Below, piece by piece: positions 28,336 through 41,665 of a DNA stretch of 64,000 nucleotides. The notes under the pieces were generated by a model that was given only the letters and a program-made list of their open reading frames with translations, was not told the origin of the DNA and did not search any database. The stretch lies in assembly GCA_010093705.1 (NCBI GenBank), contig MU006097.1, positions 569,905-633,904 of the forward strand, in the 5' to 3' direction. Both the position numbers and the translations under genes were made by a program. The stretch comes from Patellaria atrata CBS 101060. Lineage: Eukaryota. Within the stretch, counting starts at the first letter, position 1. Each line of letters opens with the position of its first letter.

Positions 28336-28886
28336 TAAATTGTACCATAGTGCATAGGGCAGGTCGGGTTTCGTCCATGAGGCGAGTGCTTAATGTGATT
28401 TTTCGTTTGTGAACGTGGTGGGATAATGTGATTGATTGTTATTGTGATTGTGAGGTGGAGAAGATGTAGGTGGATGAATGGAACGGTATATGATCCCCCT
28501 TCCCCTCGTCTCAGAATAGATGACTGAGGTGGTATATTCATCCCGATTCAAACCGAAACCCAAGATGCAGGTATATACTACTTGCTACTGTTACTGTTAC
28601 TGTACAAGCCCACATCGCTCGATATCCAACCCTCCAAAAAGTTCAAAAATGCAGACATCTCAGCAAGAGGTATACTCCACTCCCTTTGAGCTGTGAAAGA
28701 AAAAAAGGGAAGGGAAATAGAAAAGTACAAGAGGGGAAAGTACCACGAACATCCGCAAGACTCCATACACCCGTACGCACGCCCACGAAAGAGGAAAGAG
28801 GAAAGAAGCCGGGGGTATCCACCCAAACCAGAAACTCCAAGACGACACCACTCCTCCATCTCTCATAATCTCTATCGTTTTCCCAC

Positions 28887-31155
28887 CTACGCACCACACC
28901 CCTCCAACCGTTCGCGCTCGCCCTCCTCCAGCTCCCCCAGGACCTCAGGCAACATCCCCTCCACATCCTCCCCCGAGACGCCCAAAGCGCCAACGATAAG
29001 CCGCTTATACTCAGCATGGCGCTCTCCAACCCCCGCCGCCGCAAGCGCGCCCACGATCTCCTGAACCAGTTTCCTCCTCTCGAGCTGCGCGAGCGCCAAT
29101 GCCTTCGCGAGCTCCGCCTTAGCGAGTTCGGGATCGCGATCGTGGTGGTCACGGTTCAGGTTCTGCGGCTGCTGGAGGAGCTGAACGAGAGAGTGAAGCT
29201 CGGCTCTCTGCTCGACTTCGAGCAGTGCCTCTGCTTCCCGCTCTAGAGTCCGTAGTTCCTGCTCCAGCCGTTCGTCGAGGAGGTCTTCGTCCCCGAGGCC
29301 GTTGATGCCGAGGTGCGTTCCCTGGAGTTCCTTGATCGCCTTTTTGGTGGCTTCGATCTCGGCTTCGCGTTTGCGGATCACGCGGTCCGCTTCCGCGTTC
29401 TCTAGTTCTTTTTCCTCGAGCTCGGCTTCGTAGGCCGCGGCGAGCTGTTCGACTTTCTCGAGGAGCGTGGGTGCGATCTTGGTCATGAGGGTGTTGGCGG
29501 TTTGGGAGCGGTAGGTCGGCTGGCTGGGGGTGGGGGGAGCTACGGAGGAGGGAAAGAGGGCGATATCTCCGTTGACGGGGCCGAAGGGGGATGAGGAACC
29601 GGCCCGATGGCGAGGGTCTCTGCGACGGTGATTGAGGTCGCGGATCAGGTCGTCCGCGGTCTGGCCTGTGCTATTTTGGATGTCGAGGGCGACGTTTCGG
29701 CCGAGGAGGGTGCGAACGCACTTCCGGGCGCCGTTGCGGGCCGCTATCATTATGGCGGTGTCGCCGTGTTGGTCCTGCATGTTCAGCAAGCGGGTGAGAT
29801 CGGCTGGATTCCAGGTTTCCGACAGGTTGTCCAGGATGGTATCGAGGTAGTATCGTGCGCAGACGTATTTGTTCTTACTGCTTGTTGTTGCGGTGATGTG
29901 ATGGAAAACCGTAGAGCCGTACCAATCGGCGCGGAAGACGGTCGAGTGGAAGATTTGTACCATTTTTGGCATTGTTTGTTTGTCAAAGTTGTTTGTGAAT
30001 AGAACCGCTCGGATGAGGGGGGTTTCTAGGCTGTTGGAGACACAGTCGACTTTTGCGCCGCGTCGAATCAGGTCCTGGACTACGTCTACATCTCCCATCG
30101 CCGCGGCCCAGTGCAATGCCGCGTGTCCCTTTTCGTCAATGGGACGGTCTAAATCGATACCAGGCGGTGGATCAGGCGGCGCAGGGAGCCGGTCCACGGT
30201 GTCTAATAGCATGAAGTAATCGAGCAGCGCATCGGACCATATTTGTTGGTCCCTCTCTTGTGCGGACATCTGGTCAAGTCCTCTTTTACGCTTTCGTCCA
30301 CCTCCCGTATTAGAATATTGGGATGGAAACAGATCCTGCTCGTCTACTATAGAGTCCGTCACTATGGATACGTTATCGGGCGTCTCGTCGTTGAGTTGGG
30401 TGCTTAGTTGCTCGAAGTGTTCCTCGCTCTGCTGACTAGGTGCTACTTGATAGTTAGCGCTACATATCAACAAGACACAATGTGGTTATTATCATGTCAA
30501 GCACGCGACATGACTAACGAGGCTCGAGAGCGTTTCCAACACTCCCAACGGGGATCTTCCGCCTACCGGGAACAGCGCGTCGGACAGCCGCACTCTGTCG
30601 CGGTGCCCTAGGTCTTGAACTCGCAGCGGTAGCATGTTTTGGCGCAGGAGGCGGACTTCTATCTCCAGGTACGAAGTCGAAGATGGGCAGTAACTTCTCC
30701 AGCACACCATTACGTTGCGCCAAATCCCGTCCTTCGGTGAGAGGTATCCAGGTCCCTAATTATTCCTACTTCAGCAATGTCTGTAGTATCACCATGTCTT
30801 TTATGAGCCCAGACCTTGATATTTGCCGTATCCACCCTGAACCTTTTCATGCACACCTTTCTGGACTTCTCTTTCCAGAATGCGAGTACGAGCAGGTTTA
30901 TCGTAGTCTGCTACCTTAAGGATATGTGTCGCGTTGATCCAGTCGTCAACACGCCTTCGCATGACATGGTTGCCATCAGCGTTATACTCGTAGACCGGGA
31001 CCTTGTGCGATTGTCAGTAAATGTGGTGACAGGGCTGACGAGAGATGGAGGATCATGGTGTCAAAACGCTTGAAAGCTCCAAGGGAGTGGCGAAGGTGAA
31101 TATTTACATTACTATATGTAGCAGAGTAGATCTTGCCCGTGTTCTCAATGGGCAT
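28887..31155 (-). CDS. mbp1: APSES/KilA-N + ankyrin cell-cycle transcription factor (Mbp1/Res1, MBF subunit)
   Basis: [58 protein letters not shown]; ankyrin repeats [12 protein letters not shown] and [13 protein letters not shown]-terminal coiled coil; three introns. Confidence 0.92.
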
Positions 31156-31388
31156 GATGAAGCGATCGACCTCTTAACGTATGTGGTGGAATTTTGTCTC
31201 AATGCACGGTTGGTGAGGTCCTTGGGTCTTGCGATAGACGCGTTGGGCGCGTGCAGTGAATCTAATTTACGGCTGTCAATGGCGGATCTCCTGTCTCGGC
31301 ACGCCGTAGAATCCCCGAATGACCACAAGCTATCACTTCACCCATATCTATCGACATTGCGACCACAGATTCCGACCTCAATTGCGCC

Positions 31389-31803
31389 ATGACAGTTACA
31401 GAATCGATCAAGGAAGCCGTCGGTCTCGACCATGGCAACAAATCCTCCGTCCGTACGTCCTACCTCCAATTCACTGCATTCTAAGCTACCCAGAGCTCCG
31501 ACTAACCCAATGGACTACTGTAGCTGCTACCCGCGAGGAAATGTCCGCTGCCAAACTCCCCTTAGCATATAGAGATAGTTGCGCACATCTATTGATCCCC
31601 CTGAATCGGTGTCGGTATGAGACATATTACATGCCATGGAAATGCGAAGTACGTCCCACGTAGCATGGACGGGAAATATTAGCTTACACGGGATGCAGAA
31701 TGAGAGACACAGCTACGAGAAATGCCAGTACGAGGAGTTTAAAAAGAGGGTAGCAAAAATGGATGAACTAAGAGCCGCAAAGGGCGGTGCGAGAAGCAAT
31801 TGA
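31389..31803 (+). CDS. NDUFB7: NADH:ubiquinone oxidoreductase B18 subunit
   Basis: MTVTESIKEAVGL...; introns 31453-31523 and 31649-31698; ATREEMSAAKLPLAYRDSCAHLLIPLNRCR..PWKCENERHSYEKCQYEEF (twin CX9C). Confidence 0.93.
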
Positions 31804-32343
31804 GGGATGAATGATATTGAGGGAGTTTAGATGGGAGGAAAATATTATGGTGCAGAGGAAGAGTGTGTAGCATTGCTGCTTGTACATATGCATTGAATCA
31901 TTATGAAGAATAATTCCCTGCCGTGCCTGCTTATCCCACGTTGTGATTTGGGACTTCGCTAAGAAATATATTCAATACTTCTTCTAACATTCAGAAAAGA
32001 AAGTGCCGAATCTGCACCTTCACCTTATATACAACTTCAGGTAAACCATTTTCATCTAACCCGTTTTGCTGAGCGGTCAGGCAGTCCGACTACGATACGC
32101 CCTCTCCCGAACGTCGTCGGTTCGAATCACCCTCCGGGCGGGTTCAACGGTAAACATTTGCTCAATGGATCAATGGAACAGCGGCAGCAAAATTCCGTCC
32201 GGGGTGTTCAAGGAGTCCTACAGGGCTAATTATTTTGTAGAAATTTCAATTTCTTTTTTTATTCTTTTTGAATCCCTTATATCTATACATTAAATGGCTG
32301 TTCTCTTTAAGCACCGGAGCGACCAATTGCTCTATCGCTATTT

Positions 32344-34243
32344 TTAGAGCTTCGCAGCTAGTGCTACTTTTTGAGTCTCAGCTTTTGCCTGATCTCGAAG
32401 AATCTTGCGTAAAATCTTGCCAGACTTGGAAGAGTGTTAGCGTATACATCTCTAATAGGAATAAACAGCACTCACTGGATTCTTAGGTATAGCATTAACG
32501 AAGCGTGCACCTGCTTTCAGTCGCTTATGTTTCGATACTTTGGAGTCTAAGAAAGTGACGATATCATCCGCGGTTGTGGTCTTCCCTTCCTTTAGGACCA
32601 CATAGGCGCGAGGTGCTTCATCTCCATCCCTGGGATGTTTTAGTAATGAAATGAATATTTCCATTTGGACTGGAGTTCTGACATTTCAACACCAATAACA
32701 GCTACATCCGCGATTGCTGGATGGTCCAAGAGCAGTGCTTCAAGTTCTGCCGGCGCAACTTGGTTGCCCTTTACCTTAATCAATTCCTATACCATAGGGT
32801 CAGTGACATAACCGAGTCGACGAAATTGTTTTCTTTTTCGGAAACTCACCTTCATCCTGTCCACGATATAGAAAAATCCATCCTTATCGACGAATCCAAT
32901 ATCACCCGTCCTCAACCAACCATCGACAAGAGTCTCTTTTGTCGCTGCCGGTTTATTCCAGTATCCCTTCATAACGACTGGCCCTCTCACCCACAACTCT
33001 CCTCTTTCACCATGCTTAACTTCTTCTAAGCCTCTCTCATCACGGACTATTTTAATTTCACAGTTCGGATTTACCTGCCCTACTGAAGCTGATGTTGATA
33101 TGGCGTTCGATTTCCAACCCGTTGCAGCACATGTCAACCTGTATTTCCATTAGAAAAGACATACTCACAACCGGAGGTAAATACTAACTCAGTCATCCCC
33201 CACCCCTGTTTGATATTAACCCTCCCATCCCATAATTTCTCAAATCCCATACAAATCTCTTTCCCTAATGGCGCAGCTCCACTAGCCGCTCTTTCCACGG
33301 AGCTCAAATCAAACTTCTTAGTTGCGGGATGCTTCACCATGGCCACCACAATAGGGGGCACCAGCCACAAATCCGTAATTCTGAATTTCTCCACGATTTG
33401 CAGCATCTGGAGAAAGTCAAATTTCTGCATCAGGTACACCTGAACCTCACGAATGGGTGCGAGGACAGTGAACACCGTTTGCGCGTACGCGTGATACAGA
33501 GGGAGGAAGCACAGCCATCTCGCTCTCGTAGTCTTTGATTGATATTCCGGATCACCCTTCATCATGAAGAACACTTGCTCGATGTTGGCAATATAATTCC
33601 TATGTGTAATCTCTACACCTTTCGCCATGCCCGTGGTGCCGGAGCTATAGTTCAGGGCAATGGTACGGTTAGCTTCCTCTTCCGTCCCCAACTCCTCCCA
33701 CACAAGCCTGTCCCCAAGTTCGGGAGATGCAACAAGCTTAGACCAGTGACGAATGCTGCCGCGGTCCTTGCCCGTGCCGTCGAATGTCGCTTGGCCGTCG
33801 TCGAAAGTGAAGATCTGCTCATCTTTCAATCCGGCTATCCTCGCTGCTTCGATTGCGGTATCGAAACTTCCTTCTGCCGCGATCAGGAACCGGGCTCCTG
33901 AGTCCTGGAGCTGGTATGCGAGTTCACGGGCTACGTAAGAGGGATTTGCACCGGTGAAGATACCGCCGGCCATGATCACGCCCATGATGACGCAGGGGAA
34001 GAAGAGCGTATTTCCCGAGAAAAGAAGGACGCGGTCGCCGGGTTTGAGACCCGTGGCTTGCAGACCTGCGGCGATACGTTTGGACCATTGTCGGTAGGTC
34101 CGCTTGGTGAGGTAATGAGTTTCTGGTCTATCGACGTCAATGAAGGTGGGCTTGTCAGATAGAGGTGCGGACGGTGAGGTGAAGAGGTATGTAGGTAATG
34201 GAACTTGAGGAATCGGGACCTGGAGATGAGCTTTGATAGGCAT
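32344..34243 (-). CDS. 4-coumarate-CoA-ligase-like / phenylacetyl-CoA ligase (AMP-binding), peroxisomal (C-terminal AKL)
   Basis: [37 protein letters not shown]; last exon [26 protein letters not shown] carries a PTS1; four introns. Confidence 0.9.
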
Positions 34244-35208
34244 CTTGATATGGTAAGTGATATGAATAATTGTAGAGCAAGTGTGACTTCGTCTGTCCTT
34301 TCTTTATGGAAATCGACCCTAGCTAGACTTGAGTGGATCAAAATGAAGAGTAGAATCGTGAATACTCGCTATCACTGTCCGAAGGTGAATGGCAATTGTA
34401 AAACCTAAGGTATAGACTGAAGGTCATCGCACGGGGAGATTCGATCACTGATTGAACAGATAGCCGACAGCGCCTGATTTTGGAGAAATGATAGAACCAT
34501 TCGGTCACTTGTACAACTATAAATACATGTCGTGCTAGAGGTTCATATTGAAACTAAAGGAATAACTTTATATGAAGTAGGCCTTGAAACTTATGATTTA
34601 GACATGAGGTAGAATAGAGATTAAAGGTTTAGAACTAGGAAGACACGCGGAGCAGAAATACAGAAAAAATGTTCAACCTATACTTTCCCTACTATACACG
34701 ACTAATCTAGAATAACTATGCATCATCTGCGGGGTCTCCATGGATACACACAGCTTCCTAGGCTTTTTACCTATGGTGGCTTGAAGACTGCGTGATGCAA
34801 ATGAAGTTCCGAGGCATTTCGTTTATAGACGTGCTATTGAGTTACCCGTGACCTCAAATCATGAATAGAATAGACTGCCTCCCCCTCTATATCTGTGCCG
34901 TTTCGAGCGCATAGATACGATTAGAAATTATATAAGGTCTAGTTCTGTTCGAAATAGAGAGGATAGGGAATTCTAAGCATAGATAACTATTAATCACGTG
35001 GGCGGAGTTTCATACTTTGGGCACAAAGAGATCAATAACACGCCATTGATACTTCATGGATTGATTTTCAACGCTTCAACCGATCCGCCACTGTACTGCA
35101 CTATAGGACTGCTTTTGCGTTATTGCGTTCAATTTGTGAACATGGGGCGATTCCGGTTAATCGCTTCCAATTTTTGGGGAGCACGAAGCGCGGTCTTAAT
35201 TCGTGATT

Positions 35209-36448
35209 CTACCATTGAGACATGTGTTCAGTACAACTTGATAAACTGGAAAGGATCGGGTAAGGGTTGACTTGGTCCTCGACGCTACTGATAACAGCAT
35301 AGAGATAAATTCGAAGTATATATCGTGTACGTATACGCTTACAGAGATAACCAGGAATAGGGATAACGACACCCACGATACTATAAAACATATTTTGCTC
35401 CGACCGTAGGGAGAAGTCCAGTTTATTCCTCTTTGCATTCAAAACCAACTCTACTTTATCCAGAACGTAGTCTACCCAATGTCTTTGACCGTTCCATCCT
35501 GGAATAGCACGTTGACAATGCAGAAACTCCTCTTGCGGATCGAGCGGTATTCCCACATCAATTAAACGTTTCAAAGCAAAGTCCTCATGTGATGCTTTTT
35601 TAATTTGCGCCAAGCTCCAAAAGTCTCGCAGGTATCTGGCAAACTTGCCTTTGAACACGAATTTCTTGATATTCGTTAGGGTAGTCATGAGTAGCGCATA
35701 AAATTGATTGAAAAAGAGGACCACCATGATACTATAATGGTTACGCGTGCGACGAGTTTCCCACTGCCAACGATTGAAGTCGAAGATAAGTAAGGTGATG
35801 ATTTCGATATTTCCTAGACCTCTTTGCCTCCAGTTCTCGAAAAATCCACACAGACCAATGTACGAGTAGTGCACATCGAATTCTTGGGACGCCGAAATCT
35901 TGGTTTACTCTTCTAGGTTTATGGCACATACTTGGTTCCGCGGATAATACATATATAGGGAAGTCCGCAGTACATCGCTATCGGCTGGGAACGTGTGCAC
36001 CATATTGCCCGAGAAGGATTGCACCCGAGAGGGATTGCACCCGAGAAGGAATATATTTGATCTTCCTGGAATTAAAGGCACAGTCGTAATGCTCAGGAGA
36101 GATTTTGAATCGTTCTGGAGGATCAAATATTGATCCCTTAAGTTCGATTCGAGTATGGAGCTCAATCTCGACCTCGCGCACGTAAGACGGGAACCCCTCC
36201 GGGCAATCAGGCGCCGTTTTGTTTTTGAAGTGATTAATCGAGGTGAAGCACAATTTAAGATTTAGAAAATAACCCAAACATTCACTATTAAACTGACGAT
36301 TGAGAGCAAGAATTTGGGGAAACCGATGTTTCTGCTCGTCGCTTCTCCGAAGGTCTACCACCGACTTCTCGTAAAACGTGAGATATTCATAGATCATGTT
36401 TCGAATGTCAAAAGGAAGCTCCAGAATTGATTTCCGGTTCGTGTTCAT
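35209..36448 (-). pseudogene. Disrupted gene with F-box-like N-terminus
   Basis: MNTNRKSILELPFDIRNMIYEY is F-box-like. Three ORFs become one frame if one copy of the 16-bp tandem duplication (36008-36050) is removed and TAA 35905-35907 is read through. Confidence 0.6.
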
Positions 36449-36547
36449 CGTGGATAATTTGACTGTATTGGGCGGGGTATGATATCTTTGGAGTCTGTCT
36501 TGAAAGAAGCCCAGGTATTGGGATGTACGCAATGGAAAGAGGATTGA

Positions 36548-37648
36548 TTAGACAAATGGTTTCAAAATACTCGAAGAAAAATTGAGGAACGAGGTTTTCT
36601 TGGACGTAGTTTTCTTAGACGAAGTTTCTCGGTGTTTGATTTGACACTTTGGACGGTACAGTCCAGCACCCAAAAACTGTACCAAGCTAGCCGGTGTTTC
36701 CATTACCAGCTCAAAAGCACATCTTAACAACCAATCCAAACTTATATAGATGACAGTTGTTGCGCTGGTTATGTGCCGAGTATCTTCCATATTGTACACC
36801 GTTTCTATGCTATTTTTTTGCGCTTTGCTATCTTTTAAACCATATTGCGCTCTATTTATCTTATGCTCCGAAAGCTCAACAACCGGGAGATCAATCAAAA
36901 CCCTAACATCCATGGGCGTTACTTTCTCTTGGTCTTGTGCTTCCAGGTAGACACGAGTAGAAATATAATTGTCAATCCCTTAGAGTTCCAAAGGCTTCTC
37001 TGGCCAGCCTCGCCATCCGTCGAGTGTATCCCACTTTTCTGTTCAGAATGCGCAGGGGGCGTTGAACGCCTTTATTGGTCCCTCTATGCGGTAAATCCGT
37101 TCAACTTCTATCTGGAACTTCTTTTTGCCAAACTTAACGCGAATCTTCGGTTTATAGGTCGCTTCAAGGTATTCAACATAAAGTCTTTGGCATACGGTGA
37201 TGTGGTCTGTAGCAATATCGGTGACCTCGACGATCATGGAAAAACATGGTGGGTAAGTGGGTTCGTATGCCGCATCCGCTGTGGTTAACTCGTAAAATGT
37301 CTTGATTTTTGCCCATATTAGTGGTTCATCTAGGTCTTGACCATAGAAAATGTTAGCAGTTATTGCGTATAGGATATTTGGCTTCATCATGGCTTCTGTC
37401 TCTTCATCTGGGCTGAAGAGTCGCGCGGTAAGAACTTGTCCAGTTGGCCAAGCAGGTATAAGCAGTTCCATACTCGTCCAGTTGACTATATGCGTGTGAT
37501 GGCCGTCACTCTTCTTTTCGTCCCATGTTCGCAGAACCATAACATGTGTGCCAATGGAAGGGGGAACGGTGGAAGCTTTCTTGAGGTCATCCTTTGCGCT
37601 TTTATACAGCTCATCCACCGTAGAGTTCAACATTGGTAAAACTTCCAC
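36548..37648 (-). pseudogene. Orphan intronless ORF broken by two in-frame stops
   Basis: ORFs 37043-37648 and 36548-36913 are in the same frame, separated only by TGA 37043-37045 and TAA 36980-36982. Confidence 0.45.
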
Positions 37649-38081
37649 AGTTTCAAATCATCAGGATCAAGCGATGGTATTCGTCTTTGAATTCGTCACT
37701 TAGCTCAACTCTTGAGATCTTATCTCGAACCTTGGACGACATATTCTGAAATCTGGTCGATGTATCGTCCAGATCAGACTTAGAGTGTGAGTCCATAATA
37801 TCAGACAGTATCTCTGCTAACTGTGCATAACTCGTGCTAGGCCTTTATTAGAATGCGTGTAATCCTCTAGTCCAGCTATGTATACCATAACGTACAGCCC
37901 TACCTACTGATCGGCCACGACGTTACTGTGGGCCGTATTTCCGTTTTGAGAGATGAAAAAAGTGGACGAGGAGCATACTACGGGCTATAAGACATGGAAC
38001 GTAATTTTGAAGGGAGATCTGTGGTTGGTGGTGATGGTTGGGTCTACTTTAGGAGCTTCGAAAATTTTCGTTTCAGTTTAG

Positions 38082-38085
38082 TTTT

Positions 38086-38127
<42 letters not shown>

Positions 38128-38132
38128 TTTTT
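38082..38132. repeat. poly(T)-rich tract
   Basis: Near-pure T run directly left of the LTR cluster. Confidence 0.85.
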
Positions 38133-38171
38133 GGGCTAGAACTATAGTTGCCTCTTGAAAACATTAGTTAT

Positions 38172-38369
38172 TGTGACGGCGTAGCGGTTGTAGAGAATCG
38201 AATTGGATTGCAACTAGTATAACCTAACTACAGTGTAAAGAGATTAAGTTAAGGAAAGAAGAAGTTATAGTCGCGCGATCTACTAGTATCAAGCACGTAG
38301 CGGTAGAACCTCGGCGCGACTACTACTAATAAGGGAAAGTAGGAAATGATAATCTGTGACATCGTCACA
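38172..38369. mobile_element. Solo LTR, family A (198 bp)
   Basis: Termini TGTGACG...CGTCACA; 5-bp target-site duplication GTTAT at 38167-38171 and 38370-38374. Confidence 0.85.
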
Positions 38370-38572
38370 GTTATACTAGATAAAACTAATATATTTTGAA
38401 CTCTATAATGTTAAACTTTCTAATATATTCAAAATATGAATAATAGCTATAAAATCAAGATAATTATACTAATTCAGAAAATAAAAATAAAAATTAAAAC
38501 TTTGGAGTATCTATAAACGTGGAACTATAATAAGTCCTTCGAAGCTTTTTAAGGGATTTATCGTGTTGTAGG

Positions 38573-39307
38573 TGTGACGGCGTAGCAGTTATATGTTACG
38601 GCCACAAGTTGTAAAGGGACGCAGACAGTGGATGAGGGGAACCACTCGGGGGAACTGCGGACTAGAGTAAATGACCAGGGGTCTCGGACTTGGACGTACG
38701 GACGTTTCGGTCGCATGGTCGTAGGAAACGACCAAACGACCAGAACGACCAGACGACCAGACGACCAGACGACCAGTGCAAAATAGGACTGTGGAGAAGG
38801 AATACTTAAGGACGCTCCTTTACGCATGTATTTAGATTTTTCGTAGTTCTTCTTACCAACATATCTTACCAATAGATTTGGATGTTACGGTTTAGAACTT
38901 GACTTTGTCTTATCACGCTGTTTCCATACAGTACGTCTTGTCTCATTGCGAGCATCACCCACGAAGTCAAGGAGTCAGCAAGTTGTATCGTCAACTTGAA
39001 GTGCCAATTCACACATCATTCCTATCATTAACGGAACCCACCTTTGAGGTTGATCATGTTAGTGAGAAGCCTGGCGCGTTTCTAGACTTATCTTGTTCTG
39101 TCTCGATAAGTATAGACTTCCGTTGTAACATTATAGCTAATCGAATTAGATTTAACTAGTGTAACCTAACTACTATGTAAAGAGATTAAGTTAAGGAGAA
39201 GAAGAAGTTATAGCTAAACGATCTACCCTTACAAAGTTCATATCGGTAGAATCCCGGCTCCACCGAATAAGGAATGGTGGAGAGTTGCTATCTGTGATAT
39301 CGTCACA
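38573..39307. mobile_element. Solo LTR, family A, second copy interrupted by a nested LTR
   Basis: Termini TGTGACG...CGTCACA; TSD GTAGG at 38568-38572 and 39308-39312; shares internal sequence with the first copy (taacctaactac, tgtaaagagattaagttaagga, gaagaagttatag). Confidence 0.85.
38594..39130. mobile_element. Nested solo LTR, family B (537 bp)
   Basis: Termini TGTTAC...GTAACA; TSD TTATA at 38589-38593 and 39131-39135; contains an ACGACCAG tandem repeat at ~38729-38776. Confidence 0.85.
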
Positions 39308-40054
39308 GTAGGGGTGTTTTCTGAACTAATGCCTGTTTAGGAGTTAGTAGGAGTTAATAGATCTCTTTATTCTCTTCAAAAGCGTCTGAGCACCTGAGAC
39401 AACCCAGTTGGGTAAGTGTCAGATTGCTGCGGTAGCTGAAAAGATGCATGTGCTTGATTCTCTAAAGAGTGGTTCTATACTGCAGGTGTGTACTAGAAAG
39501 GACGGAACAGTATGAAATCTGTGTCTTAGAAAATAACGAAAATAGTACGAACAGTAAGAACTAAAAGATAATGCTGTATCAGATTAGTAACCCCAGTTAC
39601 TCTGATACCATAGTCCGTGGCGAAATAAGCGAGTAGCACATTAATCCTGGTTGCCAATACTCTAACAGTAAGGCAGTGAAGGAGGACTTGTTATCATGTT
39701 ATGACAGTTGTTGCCTCACAACACTAGTTCTAAGGTTGCAGATATATACTGCTAGCATGGTCGATCCAGCTCGTGCTCTACTACATCAGTACCTTATTCT
39801 GTCAAAACTAACGTAACGTCTATTTGCCTCCCATCTCACCCATCAAGGAGCGAAATCACATCAGGAAGGTGCTAATAAAATTTACGCCCTTCGCTGGACC
39901 CACTTAAAAGTCAATTCATGGTAGAATTTAGTCTCCTGAACTCAGGGAGAAAAAAATATCTCGAGGTTTCACTTTTTCTATATTTCTCCGAACAAGGCTG
40001 TAGAAATAGCCAGCGAAGGAGGTACTTAAAACAGAGGACAACTTAATTGGAGAT

Positions 40055-41006
40055 ATGGCGATACAAGGTGGTGCTAGCGATGAAATCGCACCGTCGATAG
40101 ATGTTGAGTCCTTGAACTACGCATTCCCAGATGGAACTACTGGCCTGAAGGATGTCATACTTTATCTGCCACCAGGGAGTCGGACTCTGCTGATAGGAGG
40201 TTAGTAATAACAACCAAAATCCCAAGCTAGGACAAGAAAATCGATACCTTCAATTTTACTGATCCTAACACTTGATAGCAAATGGTGCGGGGAAAACAAC
40301 TCTTCTGCGACTTCTCTCAGGCAAACGTATGGCGCCCTCCGGAACGGTTTCAATCGCCGGTGTAGACCCCTTCAAGCACGGCCTAGAAGGTGTAACCTAC
40401 TTAGGCCTTGAGTGGGTTCTCAACCCTATCGTACGTACCGATATCGACGTGCCGACGTTACTCTCTTCAGTAGGCGGCGACTTTTATACGGACCGTCGTG
40501 ACGAGCTTGTGTCTATACTCGATATCGACCTCAACTGGCACATGCACGCAGTTTCTGATGGTGAGAGGCGAAGAGTTCAGCTAGCGATGGGTCTACTCCG
40601 GCCGTGGAGGATTTTGTTACTTGACGAGATCACTGTGGACTTGGATCTACTCAGCCGGAGTAACTTTTTACAGTTTCTGAAGAAAGAAACGGAAATTAGA
40701 CCGTGTACTATTGTGTATGCGACGCATATCCTCGATAATCTAGCGGAGTGGCCGACTCACCTAGTGCATATGAGTCTGGGAAGAGTGAAGAAATGGGGGA
40801 GCATGAAGACTTTTGATGTCGAAGTAAGAGAGGGAGGGCAAGGTGGCAAGTACAACGGGAATAGCCAACTTGGGGAACTTGTCCTCAAGTGGCTGCAAGA
40901 AGATCTTAATGAACGCGGCCCCCGGAAAGGAAGGAGTGGGCAAGGAAAGACTTATGAGAGCCTCGAAGGAAAGGGAGGTTATGGTAATGAGAAGGTGAAT
41001 GATTAG
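40055..41006 (+). CDS. caf16: Soluble ABC ATPase, CCR4-associated factor 16
   Basis: ATG 40055, intron 40200-40278; LIGANGAGKTT, VSDGERRRVQL, LLLDEITVDLD, YATHILD. Confidence 0.9.
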
Positions 41007-41665
41007 TGGAGGATAGTGGTGAAATATAACGTGAAAAGGTTGCCTTATTGGCAGAGTCTATCAACTAGGTTGATGTAGGACTTCATGTGCGATTTAACAC
41101 GCACCAACAAGAATTATAAGCTCTCTCAGTGTTCCGACACTTTATCATAATGTGTAAAATGCTTCTAAGAGTACATATGCAGTCCTGTTGGTCGTATCTG
41201 CCCGCAACTGAACTACTCTTTTCACCCTTTACTTAAGTCACACGGAATATGATTTGCAAACATTTGGATCGCAAGAAGTCGCTGAATACGCTACCCAGGG
41301 ACTTGTTCTCCCTTCTAACGCGCTAATAGAAAGTAATTACTTGCACATTAGACAGCGAGGCCGGTGTATCTAGCACCGGGTGTCATAATCCAGTCATTTA
41401 TCCACGCTTACACCTTGATCAGGGAAAACGGAGACGATCATTTGCCGTGATGGTTGAGTTTATCTTCAAACTGAGATGCAGCAATAAATTGGCGAATTTA
41501 CTCCCAGCAAAATATTCGAGGTGCGCGTGCGTTTAGAGCCTTCGCATAAACACTATCTCTCGCATCGAACGCTTTGCTAAGTATAGCTGAACTCCTAAAA
41601 CCGTGGTCGAATCCACAGCGAAACCATATGGATAACATCCAGGACATATCGCTCGAGCTTCAGTT

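Noticed and set aside
35209..37648. Alternative genetic code or programmed readthrough explaining the in-frame stops
   Set aside because: The stops are mixed (TAA and TGA) and co-occur with a frameshift, while conserved genes in the window use standard stops; decay is the simpler explanation.
38729..38776. Short direct repeats as a CRISPR-like array
   Set aside because: 8-bp tandem units without spacers inside an LTR of a eukaryotic genome.
38172..39307. The two family-A LTRs as ends of one internally deleted retrotransposon
   Set aside because: Each copy has its own distinct TSD, so they are independent insertions.
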